Part shown: in pieces, positions 61,115 through 64,000 of the stretch
How the letters are laid out: every line of letters begins with the position of its first letter
How positions within the stretch are numbered: position 1 is the stretch's first letter
NCBI GenBank assembly: GCA_030447525.1
Contig: JAUJOR010000001.1
Coordinates: 299,466-363,465 of the forward strand
DNA from: Chloroflexota bacterium
Lineage (GTDB): Bacteria > Chloroflexota > UBA11872 > UBA12225
Reading direction: 5' to 3'
DNA length: 64,000 nt
The notes under the pieces: generated by a model
What the model saw: only the letters and a program-made list of their open reading frames with translations
Told to the model about the DNA's origin: nothing
The model's database searches: none
Translations under genes and position numbers: made by a program

Positions 61115-62539
61115 ATGGCCGACGTCCGACCTTTCCCTGGGCTGCGCTTCGATCCGGCGCAGGTCGACCTGGGCGCCGCCGTGTGTCCGCCGTTTGACGT
61201 CATCTCTCCGGCAGAGCAGAGAGCGTATCACGCGCGCGATCCGCACAACATCGTCCGCGTGGAGCTGGGAATGGGGCCGGCCGATCCCGACGCCCCGGGG
61301 AATCGGTACGCCGCGGCCGCCGCCGCCCTGGCGGCCTGGCGCCGGGAGGGGACGTTGCGCCCGGACGCCACGCCGGCGTTCTACCTCTACGAGCATGCCT
61401 TCCAGCACCAGCACCGCACGGTCGTGCGGCGCGGGCTGTTCGTGGCCGGACGTCTCCATGAGCCATCCGCCACGGGCGTCCTGCCCCACGAGGACACGCG
61501 TAAGGGGCCGATCACGGACCGCCTGGCCCTGCTCCGCGCCACGGCGACGAACGTCAGCCCCCTGTGGCTGCTGTACGAGGACGCCGACAAATCGGTGGCC
61601 CGATCCCTGGAGAGGGGCTGGGACGCGCCGGTGGCCGCCGTGGCTGAGGGCGAGGGGGAGCGGCACAGCCTGCGAGTCGTCGACGATCCGCGGACTCTGC
61701 GTGCCGTGGTGGCCGCCTTTGCCGCGCGTCCGCTGTACATTGCCGACGGCCACCATCGCTACAAGACGGCGCAGGTCTACCGTGACGAGCGCAGGGGGAC
61801 AAGCTCAGGGGGCCGGAACGGCCAGCCGGACGGCCAGCCGGACGCCGGCTACGAGTTCGCCCTCATGCTCCTGGTGCCACTGGACGATCCCGGGCTGATG
61901 GTGCTGCCGACACACCGGCTGGTGCGCCACTCCGGGCGACCCCTGGAGGACGTGCGCCGGGCCCTGGCCCAGTGGCTGACCCTGGAGCCGTTACCCCCGC
62001 CCGGTGGGGGAACCGACGCGACCGCGACCGCCCTGACGCGCGTCCTGGACGCCGCCGGGGTGGCGGGGCACGCCTTTGTGCTCCTCGAGCGCGAGGGGGC
62101 TTGGCTGCTCAGGTTGCGCGAAGACGTAGACTGGCGTAGCCACCTCCCGGCAGGACACGGGGCAGCCTGGCAAGGACTGGACGTGGCCGTGCTCGACGCC
62201 CTGGCCATCCGTGGCGCCTGCGGCATCCGCGCCGAGGCGGAATCGGCTGGCGCCGGGGAGGCGAGTCACACCCCGCCCTCGCCGGATCTGACTCCCCGTC
62301 TCCCCACAGCGGGCTCGCCCGACCGCCTGGCCTACGTTTCCCAGGCCGTCGACGCGGTGGAGGCCATCCGCCGCGGCGAGGCCGACCAGGCCTACCTCCT
62401 CAACCCCACGCGTGTGGAGCAGGTCTGCGCCGTCGCCGCCGCCGGCGACCGCATGCCCCCCAAGTCTACGTTCTTCTATCCGAAGCCGGTCACGGGCCTG
62501 GTGCTGCACTCCCTGGAGGGCACGCGTCCGGCGCCGTGA
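61115..62539 (+). CDS. DUF1015 family protein
   Basis: GGAGGAGG SD; VRPFPGLR, PPFDVI, LPHEDT, YIADGHHRY, PTHR, MPPKSTFFYPK. Confidence 0.92.
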   Translation: MADVRPFPGLRFDPAQVDLGAAVCPPFDVISPAEQRAYHARDPHNIVRVELGMGPADPDAPGNRYAAAAAALAAWRREGTLRPDATPAFYLYEHAFQHQHRTVVRRGLFVAGRLHEPSATGVLPHEDTRKGPITDRLALLRATATNVSPLWLLYEDADKSVARSLERGWDAPVAAVAEGEGERHSLRVVDDPRTLRAVVAAFAARPLYIADGHHRYKTAQVYRDERRGTSSGGRNGQPDGQPDAGYEFALMLLVPLDDPGLMVLPTHRLVRHSGRPLEDVRRALAQWLTLEPLPPPGGGTDATATALTRVLDAAGVAGHAFVLLEREGAWLLRLREDVDWRSHLPAGHGAAWQGLDVAVLDALAIRGACGIRAEAESAGAGEASHTPPSPDLTPRLPTAGSPDRLAYVSQAVDAVEAIRRGEADQAYLLNPTRVEQVCAVAAAGDRMPPKSTFFYPKPVTGLVLHSLEGTRPAP

Positions 62540-62573
62540 ACAAGTGGTCATGCCCCGCCGGTGGCTGGCAGGG

Positions 62574-62629
62574 CAGGAAACGTGGTGCGCCATCTTCACA
62601 GGAAACGTGGTGCGCTATCTTCACAGGAA
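62574..62629. repeat. 25-bp tandem repeat (2.2 copies)
   Basis: CAGGAAACGTGGTGCGCYATCTTCA x2 plus CAGGAA, between convergent genes. Confidence 0.85.
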
Positions 62630-62756
62630 GTGCCATGTCCGGGACGGACAGAGACGGCAAGGGAAATGGGGAGCGCGCCGGGACGATCGTCAGCTATGCT
62701 CGCAGGAACGTGACAGGAATCCGGCGCCGTCGGGAGACGGCTTGCAGAACGGGGCG

Positions 62757-63662
62757 CTAGCGGAGCGCCCGCTGCAGATCGGCGGCCGCCCGGGGGCTGG
62801 CGAGATGAGCCGAGCCCACCTGCACGGCCACCGCCCCGGCGCGGAGGTAGGCGCTGGCCTGGGCCGGGCCGACGACCCCGCCACAGGCGACGATGGGGAG
62901 TGGTGCGCCTGGGGCCAGGCCAGCGACCAGCTCGAGGATGACCGGGAAGGTGGCCGGCCCGACGAGTCGACCCCCTTCTGACACGGACTGCTCCGCCGTC
63001 TCGTCCTGTCCCGCCCCTTCAGGGTACTGCCGGCGCCTTCCTCTGCCGCTCCACCCTCCCACCGCCGGGAGGCCGGCGGCAAGCGTGGCCGCACTGACCC
63101 GCGCCGCCGCCGCGCCCTGCAGCGTGGCGTCCATGTCCGGGGCATGGGCGGGGAGCTTGACCAGCACCGGCAGGTCACAAACGCGCCGCACGTCACCCAC
63201 GATACGACGAAGGGCCAGGGGATCGAAACCGAAGGGAACTCCCGTCTCGTCGTCCGGCGCCGTGAGGTCGAGCTCGAGGGCGCGGATGCCCGGCACTCCC
63301 TCCAGCTCCCCAGCGGCGAGGGCGAAATCACCCGCCGTTGCCCCCTTGAGGTTGACGATTACCGGGTATGGGGCGCTGGCCCACAGCCGGGCATAGCGGA
63401 GCAGGGCGACGTCTACCCCCAGGGCGGCCCTCCCCGGGGTGTACACCACCCCGGCTGCGGTCTCGGTCAGGCGTGGGGCCCTGCCCGCGCGTGACCGCCA
63501 GGAGATGCCGGAGGTGATGGCGGCCCCCAGGGTGTCTGGAGCTGCCGCATCCTCCGGCTCACCGGCAGCCGCCGGGAGTGGGCCCGCCCCGTAGCCCAGC
63601 GAGCCGGCGGCCGCGATCACCTCCGCCGGGAGGCGTAGGGCGCCCAGGTGCACTTGAGACAT
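62757..63662 (-). CDS. Dihydroorotate dehydrogenase (class 1)-like protein with degenerate active site
   Basis: AAGSLGYG, PRLTET, PVIVNL.G, LPVLVKL, GPATFP, PIVACGGV, AGAVAVQVGSA; GAGGGAGG SD. Confidence 0.8.
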   Translation of the reverse strand: MSQVHLGALRLPAEVIAAAGSLGYGAGPLPAAAGEPEDAAAPDTLGAAITSGISWRSRAGRAPRLTETAAGVVYTPGRAALGVDVALLRYARLWASAPYPVIVNLKGATAGDFALAAGELEGVPGIRALELDLTAPDDETGVPFGFDPLALRRIVGDVRRVCDLPVLVKLPAHAPDMDATLQGAAAARVSAATLAAGLPAVGGWSGRGRRRQYPEGAGQDETAEQSVSEGGRLVGPATFPVILELVAGLAPGAPLPIVACGGVVGPAQASAYLRAGAVAVQVGSAHLASPRAAADLQRALR

Positions 63663-63685
63663 GCGTGCGCTTCCTCCCTCTGGAG

Positions 63686-63727
63686 CCCGCCCTGTGGGAC
63701 CCGCCCTGTGGGACCCGCCCTGTGGGA
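63686..63727. repeat. 14-bp tandem repeat x3
   Basis: CCCGCCCTGTGGGA x3 upstream of the pyrD-like gene. Confidence 0.88.
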
Positions 63728-64000
63728 CCCTCCCCGCAGGGCGGACGCCGGTCCGGCACCGCGAGGCAAAGGGAGTCGCTCAGCCCCGGGGGACACAGGG
63801 TAGCGCGCCACCGAGCGCCACGGCGTGTCGAGTGTACTGAGTATTACCGCCGGGCAGTTTCGAGGCCCGGTCTCGGTTTTCCAGGGAAGAGTGCTACACT
63901 ACGCCAGGTCTCGGGGGACGCGGCCGCCGGGGTCGGCTGCGGTCACCGAGGGCGGTCGTCGGGGGTAGGCTTGCACCAGTCGTCATGGGCGTGATAATCG

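Noticed and set aside
62574..62629. Possible mini CRISPR array (25-bp repeats)
   Set aside because: Units are directly adjacent with no spacers, and there are no cas genes in the window.

Overview
High-GC bacterial chromosomal window, mostly housekeeping genes; gene content (MurT/GatD, RqcH, DprA, Tat-lipoprotein SBPs, 3D/G5 protein next to rsmA) suggests a monoderm Terrabacterium, possibly Chloroflexota (inference only). Order: purine operon on the minus strand (guaA-purD-purB-purC-purS-purQ-purL, purL cut by the window edge); a carbohydrate ABC locus with two tandem SBP paralogs; G5/3D protein-rsmA-pth-mfd; GT2, Nudix, ArnT-like GT; a YbaK-like gene overlapping tRNA-Tyr(GTA); a DGPF protein plus a C-terminally truncated ECF42-type sigma factor; a metallophosphoesterase and infA; a novel internally duplicated protein; an FHA-winged-helix regulator; a polyamine locus (membrane spermidine-synthase-like protein, speD, speB); csp; a polar amino-acid ABC transporter; HAD-IIA; vapBC; dprA split by a decayed IS1182-family element; secDF; SDR, Gfo/Idh/MocA, GT4, ArsS-like radical SAM; radC and an ArnT-like gene both pseudogenised; murT-gatD-rqcH; methyltransferase; DUF1015; a PyrD-like protein lacking catalytic residues. 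Most notable observations: (1) an unannotated 79-nt non-coding element in two copies (59/79 identical, no gaps), each starting about 155 nt upstream of an unrelated ABC solute-binding protein gene; (2) the polyamine locus with a structured, uORF-containing leader; (3) inactivation of both dprA and radC; (4) a phosphoesterase with no canonical start codon, in frame with the infA stop; (5) a pseudo-PyrD. No CRISPR array, rRNA, prophage or integrase was seen.
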